Assembly (NCBI GenBank): GCA_003162395.1
Contig: PMON01000011.1
Coordinates: 3,392-67,391 of the forward strand
Length of the DNA: 64,000 nucleotides
Reading direction: 5' to 3'
DNA from: Acidimicrobiaceae bacterium
GTDB lineage: Bacteria > Actinomycetota > Acidimicrobiia > Acidimicrobiales > RAAP-2
The position numbers and the translations under genes were made by a program. Numbering within the stretch: position 1 is the stretch's first letter; every line of letters begins with the position of its first letter. Below the pieces are notes generated by a model, which saw only the letters and a list, made by a program, of their open reading frames with translations, ran no database searches and had not been told where the DNA came from. This document shows positions 1 to 7,890 of the stretch, piece by piece.

Positions 1-2
1 GG

Positions 3-437
3 CACGGCTCGTGGTGGCTCGTCAATCCCTCCGGCAACTTCCAGGAGTGGAACCAGACGCTGACCGCCGCGAAGCTCGCGAACGGCACGACCGTGCTGGA
101 GGCGATCATGAACACCGGCGGCGGCTACCACACGTTGCCGCTCTACTCCTCGAGCGCGGACACCAGCAACTCGAGCAGCTGCGGCACGCCGTGCTCGCGG
201 GTGTTCGAGCCGCTCCTCACGACGGGCACGCCCGGCGTCGAGGGCACCACTGCCACCGGCTCGATCAGCTCCTTCACGCGCGCAGACGGAACGACGCAGG
301 TCACCTACAACGGTCATCCCGTCTACCTGTACTCGGACGAGGGGATCATCAACGTGAAGGGCCAGGGCTTCACCGCAACAGGGAGCGGTGACGGCAAGAC
401 CGTCGGCAGCGGGACGTTCCATCTGGTCACTCCGTAG
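3..437 (+). CDS. secreted/lipoprotein repeat protein (COG4315-like, 'Yx(FWY)xxD' family), C-terminal part; the gene starts upstream of the window
   Basis: The frame is open from the window edge (HGSWWLVNPSGNF...). Motifs 'GSWWLVNPSG' and 'VTYNGHPVYLYSDE..GQG' resemble the repeat unit of this family. Stop is TAG at 435-437. Confidence 0.65.
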   Translation, partial: HGSWWLVNPSGNFQEWNQTLTAAKLANGTTVLEAIMNTGGGYHTLPLYSSSADTSNSSSCGTPCSRVFEPLLTTGTPGVEGTTATGSISSFTRADGTTQVTYNGHPVYLYSDEGIINVKGQGFTATGSGDGKTVGSGTFHLVTP

Positions 438-456
438 GCCACCCGCGGTCGCCGGA

Positions 457-499
457 GAGGTCGCCCGGTGCCGGACAGCCGCCGGCGCCGGGCGACCTC
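457..499 (+). terminator. GC-rich hairpin 20 nt downstream of the first CDS (candidate intrinsic terminator)
   Basis: Perfect 12-bp inverted repeat: GAGGTCGCCCGG (457-468) and CCGGGCGACCTC (488-499), with a 19-nt loop. There is no clear U-tract. Confidence 0.4.
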
Positions 500-710
500 G
501 ACGTCCCCGACACCTCGACACGTGCGGCTCGACAGCATCTGAGCGCCGTCCCCGGGCCGCGAGCAACAGTCGATCCGGGCCACCGGGACAGTGGAGGACC
601 TGCTTCGATTCAATGCGCGGGCGAGCAAGAGATCGCATCGAGCTTGGTTCTCAGCGCCGTGCGGGACGAGCGAGAGCACCGGCTGGATCCCAGCGAGTGA
701 TGCGGCTCGA

Positions 711-1121
711 TCAACTCGTCGCGTCTGATGAGCTGCCAGCTCCTCGGGGCAGCGGCTGGAAGACCCCGATGACGTTGGCTTCGGTGTCGTGGATGTACGC
801 GACCGCTCCCACCCCCGGGATTGCGGACCTGGCGAGCGCGACGTCCGCGCCAAGCTTGCAGACTCGCTCGATCGTCGCGTCGAGGTCGTCCACCTGCACC
901 GTGATGACCGCGCCGACCACGGGAGCGCCGATCGCGGGCCTCGGCCCGCGACGCCTGATGAGCGCGCCGTTGATGCCCGTGCGCTGGCCGTCGCTCGTGG
1001 TTGCCAGCCAGTAGTCGTCGTCGCCCATTCGCGCCACGCTCCAGCCGAACGCCCTCGAGTAGAAGTCGAGCGCGCGATCAGGTTCGTCCGCATGAATCTC
1101 GAAGTGCACGACTGGGTCCAT
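711..1121 (-). CDS. VOC (glyoxalase/bleomycin-resistance/dioxygenase) family protein
   Basis: 136 aa. The N-terminus 'VVHFEIHADEPDRALDFYSRAFGW' and the C-terminus 'VAYIHDTEANVIGVFQ' are typical of the VOC fold. Third-position GC is high. Confidence 0.85.
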   Translation of the reverse strand: MDPVVHFEIHADEPDRALDFYSRAFGWSVARMGDDDYWLATTSDGQRTGINGALIRRRGPRPAIGAPVVGAVITVQVDDLDATIERVCKLGADVALARSAIPGVGAVAYIHDTEANVIGVFQPLPRGAGSSSDATS

Positions 1122-1261
1122 CGGCCGATTCTTTCAGGCCGACGCGGCGCCCTGCTCCTCGTCGAGGTCTCGCCTCGACAGCCCGAAGCGAGCGCGCGGT
1201 GCGAGCCGGCACGCCAAGTCGGCGAGCTCGCACGTGGCCGTCTGCGATACTGGGGCCGGCT

Positions 1262-1510
1262 ATGTCCGACTCCGTCGACGTGCTCATCTGCGACCTGCTC
1301 GAGTGGCTGGGGACCTCGTCCCGCCCGTACGCAGAGGTACTCGAGATGTGGCAGACGTCGTGTCCTCGTCTTCCCGTGTGGGAGGACGCCAACGATCGGG
1401 GCTTCATCGAGCGGCACCACGTGCCAGGGCAAGGAGAGGTCATCTCGGTATCGAGTGCCGGCACGGCGCATCTGCTCGCGTCTCGACCACGAGCGCTCGA
1501 TCTGGCCTAA
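1262..1510 (+). CDS. conserved small hypothetical protein (82 aa)
   Basis: Internal ATG of ORF 1001..1510. 'MSDSVDVLICDLLEWLGTSSRPYAEVLEMWQTSCPRLPVWEDANDRGFI' looks like a genuine globular sequence. The upstream part of the track ORF is Arg/Ser/Pro junk. Confidence 0.55.
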   Translation: MSDSVDVLICDLLEWLGTSSRPYAEVLEMWQTSCPRLPVWEDANDRGFIERHHVPGQGEVISVSSAGTAHLLASRPRALDLA

Positions 1511-1652
1511 CTCGTGGTCGTCCGGCACCCCGCACGTACAGGTTCGGACGCGCGCTTGGACCGAGGTCGGTGCGACGGGCTGCACGACGGTGACCGGTGC
1601 AAAGCTGGCAGTCACGCGGACCCCGGTCGCACGCCCCGCGGCGGCGAGGCCG

Positions 1653-1832
1653 TTACTTGCTCAGGCCAATTGCCCGGAGGAACTGGCGGGTGATCGAGTT
1701 CGTCCTCGCGTACACCCTGCGCCTCCCGTATCGCTTGGCGTAGGCGCCCGGACCCTTTTCGGCGGCCTCGACGTTGCCGAGATCCCTCGCCGCGCGGTAG
1801 AGCTGGGACCGAAGGCCCTTCCGACGTGCCAT
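1653..1832 (-). CDS. small basic hypothetical protein (59 aa, Arg/Lys/Tyr-rich)
   Basis: Internal ATG (CAT at 1830-1832) of ORF 1653..1943. The sequence is 'MARRKGLRSQLYRAARDLGNVEAAEKGPGAYAKRYGRRRVYARTNSITRQFLRAIGLSK'. It resembles small conserved actinobacterial proteins of unknown function. Confidence 0.5.
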   Translation of the reverse strand: MARRKGLRSQLYRAARDLGNVEAAEKGPGAYAKRYGRRRVYARTNSITRQFLRAIGLSK

Positions 1833-2107
1833 GGATGCTCCCGATCTGCAGCCGCGCGAGTGGTGCGCGGCTTTACAGGGTAGTGGGTCACTTTCACCCT
1901 GCGCGGGCCGAAGCCCGCTAGGCCCCACCAGCCCACAGCACATTGCAGGCGGCGTTGATGTCGGCGTCGGCCTCGAAGCCGCACGCCGTGCATCTGACAG
2001 CCGCCCGTGATCGCCGGCTCGCCCACTACCGAATTGTGCGATCGAATCGAATTCTGGTTCGACCGTTGGGCATGATCGACCTCGGCTCGCGTTACGGTGG
2101 GGGGCTC

Positions 2108-2860
2108 ATGAGCAGATATGAAGCGTTGAGCAAGGCACTTGAATCGTCGGATGAAGACGCGCTCGAGTTCTCCTTCGAGGACCTCGATCTCCTGGTCGGT
2201 GGGCTCCCACCCTCCGCTCGAAAGTTTCCGACGTGGTGGGCAAACAGCTCGAAGCCGGCACATCAGTCCCGTCACTGGATGACCGCTGGCTACAAGGCAC
2301 GGCCGGAGTTCGCCCGAGAGACCATTCATTTCACCAAGGCGACGCCCGAGGAGACGGCCTCCCGCCGGACCCCCAAGGCAAAGAAGAAGCAGGTGTCCAA
2401 GGACGCGATTGGCGTCACGGTGAGAAAGCCGATCGAGCTCGTGCCGACGGGCGAGGCCACGAGATCGAGCGTGATGTTCGAGTGGCTGACCGCCGGCACG
2501 GTCACGCTCGAGAACGGCCGGCTCGAGACGCCCACGCTCAGGGGACGCCCCGGGGTCTATCGGTTCACCATCTCCGAGGCGAGCGGCTCCCGGCAGTTCG
2601 TCGTTGGCGAGACCGACAACCTGGCGCTCCTGATGAACAGCTATCGCCATCCCGAGCCGGCCCAGGTCGCTTCGGTCCACGTGCACGAGCTCATGACCAA
2701 GACGATCGAGCGAGGCGGCGCGGTGGGCGCGGAGCTCGTGCTCGCCGCCCTGCACGCGGGTGAGGCGCTCGACTTCGCGTATCGGCCCTCGAGAGTGCTC
2801 GTGGCGAGCATGGCGCTCACCGAGCTTCACGGTCGCGGGGAGCTCGTCGACGACGTCTAG
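2108..2860 (+). CDS. hypothetical two-domain protein: N-terminal 'LPPSAR..WWAN' module plus C-terminal GIY-YIG/T5orf172-like signature
   Basis: ATG at 2108 is preceded by GGTGGGGGG. The N-terminus is 'MSRYEALSKALESSDEDALEFSFEDLDLLVGGLPPSARKFPTWWANS'. The C-terminal part carries 'GVYRFTISEASGSRQFVVGETDNLALLMNSYRH', which is GIY...YIG-like spacing. A basic linker 'RRTPKAKKKQ' joins them. A GC dip lies just upstream. Confidence 0.6.
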   Translation: MSRYEALSKALESSDEDALEFSFEDLDLLVGGLPPSARKFPTWWANSSKPAHQSRHWMTAGYKARPEFARETIHFTKATPEETASRRTPKAKKKQVSKDAIGVTVRKPIELVPTGEATRSSVMFEWLTAGTVTLENGRLETPTLRGRPGVYRFTISEASGSRQFVVGETDNLALLMNSYRHPEPAQVASVHVHELMTKTIERGGAVGAELVLAALHAGEALDFAYRPSRVLVASMALTELHGRGELVDDV

Positions 2861-2941
2861 CGCCTGGGGCCGTGCACATCGACGCCGCGGGTACGCCTCG
2901 AATGACCGAGCCGTTGGCTCGCCCATTGTGCGCCTTGCAGA

Positions 2942-3349
2942 TTGAGGAGGTCGGCATTGCAACCATTCACGGACGAAGAGCTCGCGTACCTGCGGACCCA
3001 GCGGCTCGCGCGGATCGCGACGTCCTCTGCGTCCGGTCAGCCTGACGTCGCGCCCGTGGGCTTTGGCCTCGACGACGACGCCGTCGTCAGCGGCGGACTG
3101 GACATCACCAAGACCGTCAGGTACAAGAACCTCCTCGAGAATCCGCGAGCGACGCTGGTCGTCGACGATCTCGCGTCGACGGATCCGTGGACACCTCGAG
3201 GCGTGAAGGTGCGCGGATCCGCCTCCATCGAGTCACACGAGGACGGACTGCGCATTCGCATCGTGCCCGACGTCATCTGGAGCTGGGGCATCAACGAGGG
3301 TCGAGAGAAGCGATTCTCCTCGGTCGAGAGGCGCACGGTCACGCGCTAA
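2942..3349 (+). CDS. PPOX-class (pyridoxamine 5'-phosphate oxidase-like) F420-dependent oxidoreductase
   Basis: 'FTDEELAYLRTQRLARIATSSASGQPDVAPVGF..' and 'NLLENPRATLVVDD..PRGVKVRG' match the family pattern. An alternative TTG start at 2957 lies 6 nt after GAGGAGG. Confidence 0.85.
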   Translation: MRRSALQPFTDEELAYLRTQRLARIATSSASGQPDVAPVGFGLDDDAVVSGGLDITKTVRYKNLLENPRATLVVDDLASTDPWTPRGVKVRGSASIESHEDGLRIRIVPDVIWSWGINEGREKRFSSVERRTVTR

Positions 3350-3374
3350 CGGCACGCCGACGACCCCGGCGGCG

Positions 3375-3617
3375 ATGCAACACCCCCGGGGCAGCCTGAC
3401 CGCATGGCACCGATCACGAGACGCGCAGCTGTGTCCCTCGACTGTCCCCGCGAAGCTCGCCGCGCTCTACGCGCAGGTGCTCGAGCTCGAGGTCATGTTC
3501 GAGTCAGACGAGCTCGCGGCGCTAAAGGGTGAGGGCAAAGCCAGCCGTCGCCGGATCGCCGGCGGATCCTCATCGACGCGGTGGACGTCCGTTCTGCGTC
3601 ACCACGCTCATCTCTGA
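3375..3617 (+). pseudogene. possible remnant of a VOC/glyoxalase-family gene
   Basis: Only a short stretch, 'VPAKLAALYAQVLELEVMFESDELAALKGEG', looks VOC-like. The rest of the ORF is Arg/Ser-rich. A second frame continues '..RILIDAVDV..'. There is no full-length domain. Confidence 0.3.
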
Positions 3618-3695
3618 TTGATCGGCCGTGCCAGTCGTAACCCCTGGTTGCACGCCAATTTGCGGACTCATCATTGAGCCACTAGGTAGTGCTGG

Positions 3696-4496
3696 ATGAC
3701 ACAGGCACTCCCGAGCAGCGTGGCCAGGTGCCTCGTCGCGGCGGCCTGCGTCCTGGTCCTCTTGCTCGCGGGCACACTCCACAGCAGCGGCGCGGGAGCG
3801 GCGCAGCGCCAGAAGGTCCTCTTCTTCGGAGACTCGCTCTCCTATGAGGCGGGTCCGTACCTGAAGCAGGACTTCAATCCGAGCACGACCGACGACGCGC
3901 TGCACCTCTTCCCGGGTACCGCCCTGTGCGACTGGTTGGGGCAGATCGACAAGCTCACGAGACGCACTGCGCCCGACGTGATCGTGCTGCAGTTCATCGG
4001 CAACCACCTCACCCGATGCATCGACAAGGCATCAAGCTTCGTTGCACAGTACGGAAAGGACCTGCGATCGGCGATCTCGCAGCTGCGATCGATCGGTGTC
4101 AGGCGCATCGTGGTCGACGCAGGTCCGATCACGCCCATTGCCACGTGGTGGCTGTCTCTCGTGCGGACCTACAGAACCGACGTTGCCTCGTTTCACTCGA
4201 GGGACATCATCTACGCCACAGGCGCCGACGCTGCGGTCGAGAGCTCGACGGGGGGCTTCGTGACGAACCTGCGGTGCCTGGCCGTCGAGGTGAAGTACCA
4301 CAAGTGCGTCGCAGGCTCCATGATCAAGGTCCGTGCGAACGACAAGGTGCACTTCTGCCCGGTCCCACTCGCCAACGTGGGGACCAAGGTCGTCGTGTGC
4401 CCCGTCTACGCCTCCGGCGCCTACCGCTTCGCAAAGGGGCTCGCCAGGGCTGTCTGGACGCTCGATCCGGCCACCGATCCGTACCGGAAGCGCTAA
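3696..4496 (+). CDS. secreted SGNH/GDSL-family hydrolase
   Basis: A signal-like N-terminus 'CLVAAACVLVLLLAG' is followed by block I 'VLFFGDSLSYE' (GDS nucleophile motif). Confidence 0.8.
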   Translation: MTQALPSSVARCLVAAACVLVLLLAGTLHSSGAGAAQRQKVLFFGDSLSYEAGPYLKQDFNPSTTDDALHLFPGTALCDWLGQIDKLTRRTAPDVIVLQFIGNHLTRCIDKASSFVAQYGKDLRSAISQLRSIGVRRIVVDAGPITPIATWWLSLVRTYRTDVASFHSRDIIYATGADAAVESSTGGFVTNLRCLAVEVKYHKCVAGSMIKVRANDKVHFCPVPLANVGTKVVVCPVYASGAYRFAKGLARAVWTLDPATDPYRKR

Positions 4497-4737
4497 GCCC
4501 GCGAGACCACATCGCCAGACCTGGATCTGGTCGGCACGCGGTCGCGGCCATCGGCAGCACGGACCGCGATGGGGGAAGATGGCGCACTTCACCCAAGCCG
4601 TCGCCGCAACGATCGTCACGTGCGCCAGCCGTGCGCGGCCGGGCGCGCCCATGGGCGCCACGACGACGGCCCGAACCAGCTCTTCGTGGGCAGCGTCAAC
4701 GGAGCACGCGGCATCGGCGACGGCCCTGCGCGAGCAA

Positions 4738-4766
4738 TTGACACGCGGCGCTGCTCCAGTCACAGT
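4738..4766 (+). promoter_or_regulatory. candidate sigma-A-type promoter giving a leaderless P450 mRNA
   Basis: TTGACA (4738-4743), a 17-nt spacer, then CACAGT (4761-4766, TANNNT-like A2/T6). The ATG at 4773 lies 6 nt after the -10 and has no SD. Confidence 0.3.
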
Positions 4767-4772
4767 TTGCGC

Positions 4773-5981
4773 ATGACTCGACGAACGCCGCCCGTCACTG
4801 ACTGGTCACGCGACTTCGACGTCCTGGACGCGGGCTATATCCACGACCCGTTCCCCATCTGGGACGAGCTCCGGCAGACCTGCCCCGTGGCGCGAACCGA
4901 GCGCCGCAACGGGGCGTGGCTGCTCACCACCTATGCGGACGTCACCGCGGCCGCGCACGACATCGAGCGCTTCAGCTCCTTGGAGGTGGGCGTCATCGAC
5001 ACCGGCGAAATCGTCGACGAGGAGAACAACCAGACGCCGTACGGTCTCCCGCCGATCTCGGCGGACCCGCCGCTGCACACCTGGACACGCCGGCTTCTCC
5101 TGCCCTGGTTCTCGCACTCGCGTGTCGCCACCTATGAGGCGATGACACGGGACCTGAGCAACCGCCTGATCGACGGCTTCGTTGCCACGGGCTCGGCCGA
5201 CGCCGCGGCGGACTACGCCCAGCAGATCCCCGTCCGCGTCATCGCGAAGATCCTCGGCGTCTCCGAGGACATGTCGGACGTGTTCACGGAGTGGGTGCGT
5301 GACCTGCTCGAGTTCGCGGACGACCCCGAGCGACTCGCGCGAGGCCAACAGGGCCTGGGTGAGTACCTCATCGCGGAGATCGCGTCGCGGCGTGACGCGC
5401 CCGGCGACGACCTCATCAGCGAGCTCATCGGACTCACGCACGAGGGCGAGCCGCTGGAGGACGGGCTCATCCTCGGCATGGTCGCGCTCGTCCTCATCGC
5501 GGGCATCGACACGACCTGGAGCGCGATCGGCTCCTCGCTGTGGCATCTCGCGACGCATCCGCAGGACGCCGAACGCCTGGTGCGCGAGCCCGCGCTCATG
5601 GGCACCGCGGTCGAAGAGTTCCTCCGTGCGTACTCGCCGGTCACCATGGCACGGGTCGTGACCGACGACACCGAGTTCGAGGGCTGCCCGATGCGAAAGG
5701 GCGACAAGGTGCTGATGAACTTCCCTGCCGCGAATCGCGATCCGCTCGCCTTCGACCGCGCGGACGAGGTCGTCCTTGACCGAGCCCTCAACCGGCACGT
5801 GGCGTTTGGCTCCGGCATCCATCGATGCGCGGGCTCGAATCTCGCGCGCATGGAGCTCCAGGTCGCGGTCGAAGAGTGGCTCCGACGAGTGCCGTCGTTC
5901 CGCATCTCGGCCGACTCGGACGTCGCGTGGGCCGGCGGGCAGGTGCGCGGCCCCCGTCGACTCCCCGTCAGCTTCCCCTGA
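4773..5981 (+). CDS. cytochrome P450
   Basis: Heme-binding loop 'FGSGIHRCAGSNLA', I-helix 'LIAGIDTTW' and ExxR 'EEFLR' are all present. Start was chosen at 'MTRRTPPVTDWSRDFDVLD'; the track ORF from 4569 is over-extended. Confidence 0.92.
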   Translation: MTRRTPPVTDWSRDFDVLDAGYIHDPFPIWDELRQTCPVARTERRNGAWLLTTYADVTAAAHDIERFSSLEVGVIDTGEIVDEENNQTPYGLPPISADPPLHTWTRRLLLPWFSHSRVATYEAMTRDLSNRLIDGFVATGSADAAADYAQQIPVRVIAKILGVSEDMSDVFTEWVRDLLEFADDPERLARGQQGLGEYLIAEIASRRDAPGDDLISELIGLTHEGEPLEDGLILGMVALVLIAGIDTTWSAIGSSLWHLATHPQDAERLVREPALMGTAVEEFLRAYSPVTMARVVTDDTEFEGCPMRKGDKVLMNFPAANRDPLAFDRADEVVLDRALNRHVAFGSGIHRCAGSNLARMELQVAVEEWLRRVPSFRISADSDVAWAGGQVRGPRRLPVSFP

Positions 5982-6220
5982 CTCGAGTGTGCACGCCGTC
6001 ACGATGACCTCGCAGCGCATCGCTCCGACGACCAGCGACACGCGCCGCGAAGGGTCACCGTGTTCACTCCGAGTCATTTCAGTGCCAACTCACAGGTCGC
6101 GCTACTGACGAGCGAGCGTCGCGAACACCTCACAGCCCGCCGTTGCTTTGAGCCGTGTGCAAGCAGTGCCACGAGAGCGGCGCTCGCGCGGTTGCCACCG
6201 GCAACCCAAGAGCCGTGTGC

Positions 6221-6418
6221 TCAGCTCGCATTCCCACGACGAGCAGCAGGCAAGAACGCGGCGACGAGCAGGCCGAGTCCGATTCCCGCAATGACGCCAA
6301 CAGGCGCGAATCCCCCGCTGGCGGCATTTCCCGACGCCCAGAGATGGATCTCGCCCGAGACGCCCCCACCGAGGATCGCCCCGCCGACCAACGCCGAGAG
6401 CACGCGAAGTTGACTCAT
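6221..6418 (-). CDS. small Gly-rich membrane protein (GlsB/YeaQ/YmgE-like?)
   Basis: 65 aa: 'MSQLRVLSALVGGAILGGGVSGEIHLWASGNAASGGFAPVGVIAGIGLGLLVAAFL..'. It has two Gly-zipper-type hydrophobic segments. The start is an internal ATG of an otherwise implausible 283-aa ORF. Confidence 0.4.
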   Translation of the reverse strand: MSQLRVLSALVGGAILGGGVSGEIHLWASGNAASGGFAPVGVIAGIGLGLLVAAFLPAARRGNAS

Positions 6419-6595
6419 GCCAGGCACGATACCGGCAGCGACACCACTGCCGGCGAGCAGCCGCGACGCCACCTGCAACCGAGTTCGCGGCCTGGTCACG
6501 ACACACCGGCATTTGGTCCCCTCGATATCAACGGAAAAGCAGACGTCGTGCGCGAGCTCGTGACATATCCTCAACTTGGACACAAGGGGGGTGCA

Positions 6596-7837
6596 ATGTC
6601 GGTCGCTCCTTGGCGACATCTCGTTGTCATCGCGTCGCTGATCGCCACGTCGTCCATTGGTGTGCTCGTCGAGGCGCCGCCCGCGGACGCAGCGGGTCGC
6701 TGCACCCACATCGGTCCCCGAGCGGATCTGAGCGGCTGCGACCTCGCAGGTCTGAACCTCGCCGGCAAGGACCTGATCGGTGCCAACCTCGCTCGAGCGA
6801 ACCTGACCGATGCCACGCTGCGGAATGCGAAGCTGGCCCGGGCCAGCTTCGCCGGAGCAAGGCTCACTGGGATCCGGTCGGGTGGCATCAAAGGAACGCC
6901 CTCGCACGTTCCCTCGCACTGGGGACTCGTCGCTGGGTATCTCGTCGGACCCGCTGCAAACCTCACGGCCGCGACGCTCGCGTCGGCTGGTCTCGCGGGC
7001 GCCGATCTCGTGTCGGCCACGATGGCGAGAGCCAATCTCTCCGGCACGATCCTCACCGGCGCTGACCTGCACGATGCGAACCTGACCAGCGCCGACCTCT
7101 CAGGGGCCGCGCTCCACGGCGCCGACCTGACGGAGGCTGACCTCGGGCGCGCGGTGCTCACGGGAGCGCACCTGTGCGACGCCCAGCTCAAGGGCGCCAA
7201 CCTTGCGCGCGCCGACTTCACGGACGCGCACGTGGCCGGCGTGAGCTCGGGCGGCATCACCGGTGCTCCCCTCGCGCTGCCCACGTCCTGGGTGCTCGCC
7301 GGGGGCTATCTCTTGGGACCCATGGCCAACCTCTCCGGCGCCCAGATCGGTGGTGGCCAGTCCGATCCCGAGAGCCTGCCGGGCATCGACCTCGCAGGGG
7401 CCAACCTCACCAACGCGGTGTTCGGGTTCGTCGACCTCACTGGCGCGGACCTCTCGGGCGCGAACTTCCTCGGCGCGAATCTCGGGGGCTGCAACTGTCC
7501 GGCCGGATACTGGGAGACCCTCACGGGCGCGAACCTCACGGGGGCGGACCTCGCGGGCACCAATCTCGACAGCGCGAACCTCACCAACGCGAATCTCACG
7601 GACGCCGATCTCGCGAGCGTCACCTTCACGGGCTGCGGTCAGTGCCTCGCCGGACCGCCTGGGTCAGTACTCGACGGCGCGAACTTCACCAGGGCCAGCC
7701 TCCTTGGCGCAGACTTCTACGGTGACGGCGCCCCGTATTACAACTTCTCCATCGGCAACAACGCCTGGAGCGACACCATCTGCCCGGACGGCTCGAACAG
7801 CGACAGCGACAGCGACACCTGCGTCAACGACCTCTGA
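6596..7837 (+). CDS. exported pentapeptide-repeat protein
   Basis: ATG is preceded by AAGGGGGG. Signal peptide 'MSVAPWRHLVVIASLIATSSIGVLVEAPPADAAG'. Long runs of A(N/D)LxG/A pentapeptides follow. The tail is Cys/Asp/Ser-rich: 'ICPDGSNSDSDSDTCVNDL'. Confidence 0.85.
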   Translation: MSVAPWRHLVVIASLIATSSIGVLVEAPPADAAGRCTHIGPRADLSGCDLAGLNLAGKDLIGANLARANLTDATLRNAKLARASFAGARLTGIRSGGIKGTPSHVPSHWGLVAGYLVGPAANLTAATLASAGLAGADLVSATMARANLSGTILTGADLHDANLTSADLSGAALHGADLTEADLGRAVLTGAHLCDAQLKGANLARADFTDAHVAGVSSGGITGAPLALPTSWVLAGGYLLGPMANLSGAQIGGGQSDPESLPGIDLAGANLTNAVFGFVDLTGADLSGANFLGANLGGCNCPAGYWETLTGANLTGADLAGTNLDSANLTNANLTDADLASVTFTGCGQCLAGPPGSVLDGANFTRASLLGADFYGDGAPYYNFSIGNNAWSDTICPDGSNSDSDSDTCVNDL

Positions 7838-7890
7838 CAGGTGCGCGGGGCGCCACCCGAACGTGCCTCGGCGTCGTCGAGCCACGACGC

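Noticed and set aside
2040-2075. tRNA-like T-arm string 'GGTTCGACC' and low-GC patch, as a possible tRNA or integration site
   Set aside because: No acceptor, D or anticodon arms can be drawn around it. No integrase gene or flanking direct repeats are present.
323-2962. Long minus-strand ORFs 323..1615 (430 aa) and 1661..2962 (433 aa)
   Set aside because: They overlap several shorter ORFs with convincing protein-like sequences on both strands. Their own translations are low-complexity Arg/Ser/Pro/Ala.
4569-4772. 5' extensions offered by the ORF track, for example P450 from 4569. Other cases are pentapeptide from 6155, SDR to 12413, acyl-CoA ligase to 53481, SDR to 46965, DMFase-like to 45847, RCC1 from 39099 and GNAT to 31059.
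   Set aside because: The extensions are compositionally aberrant (Arg/Pro/Gly-rich) and often overlap the neighbouring gene. Family-typical N-termini with SD or leaderless promoters lie at the internal starts I report.
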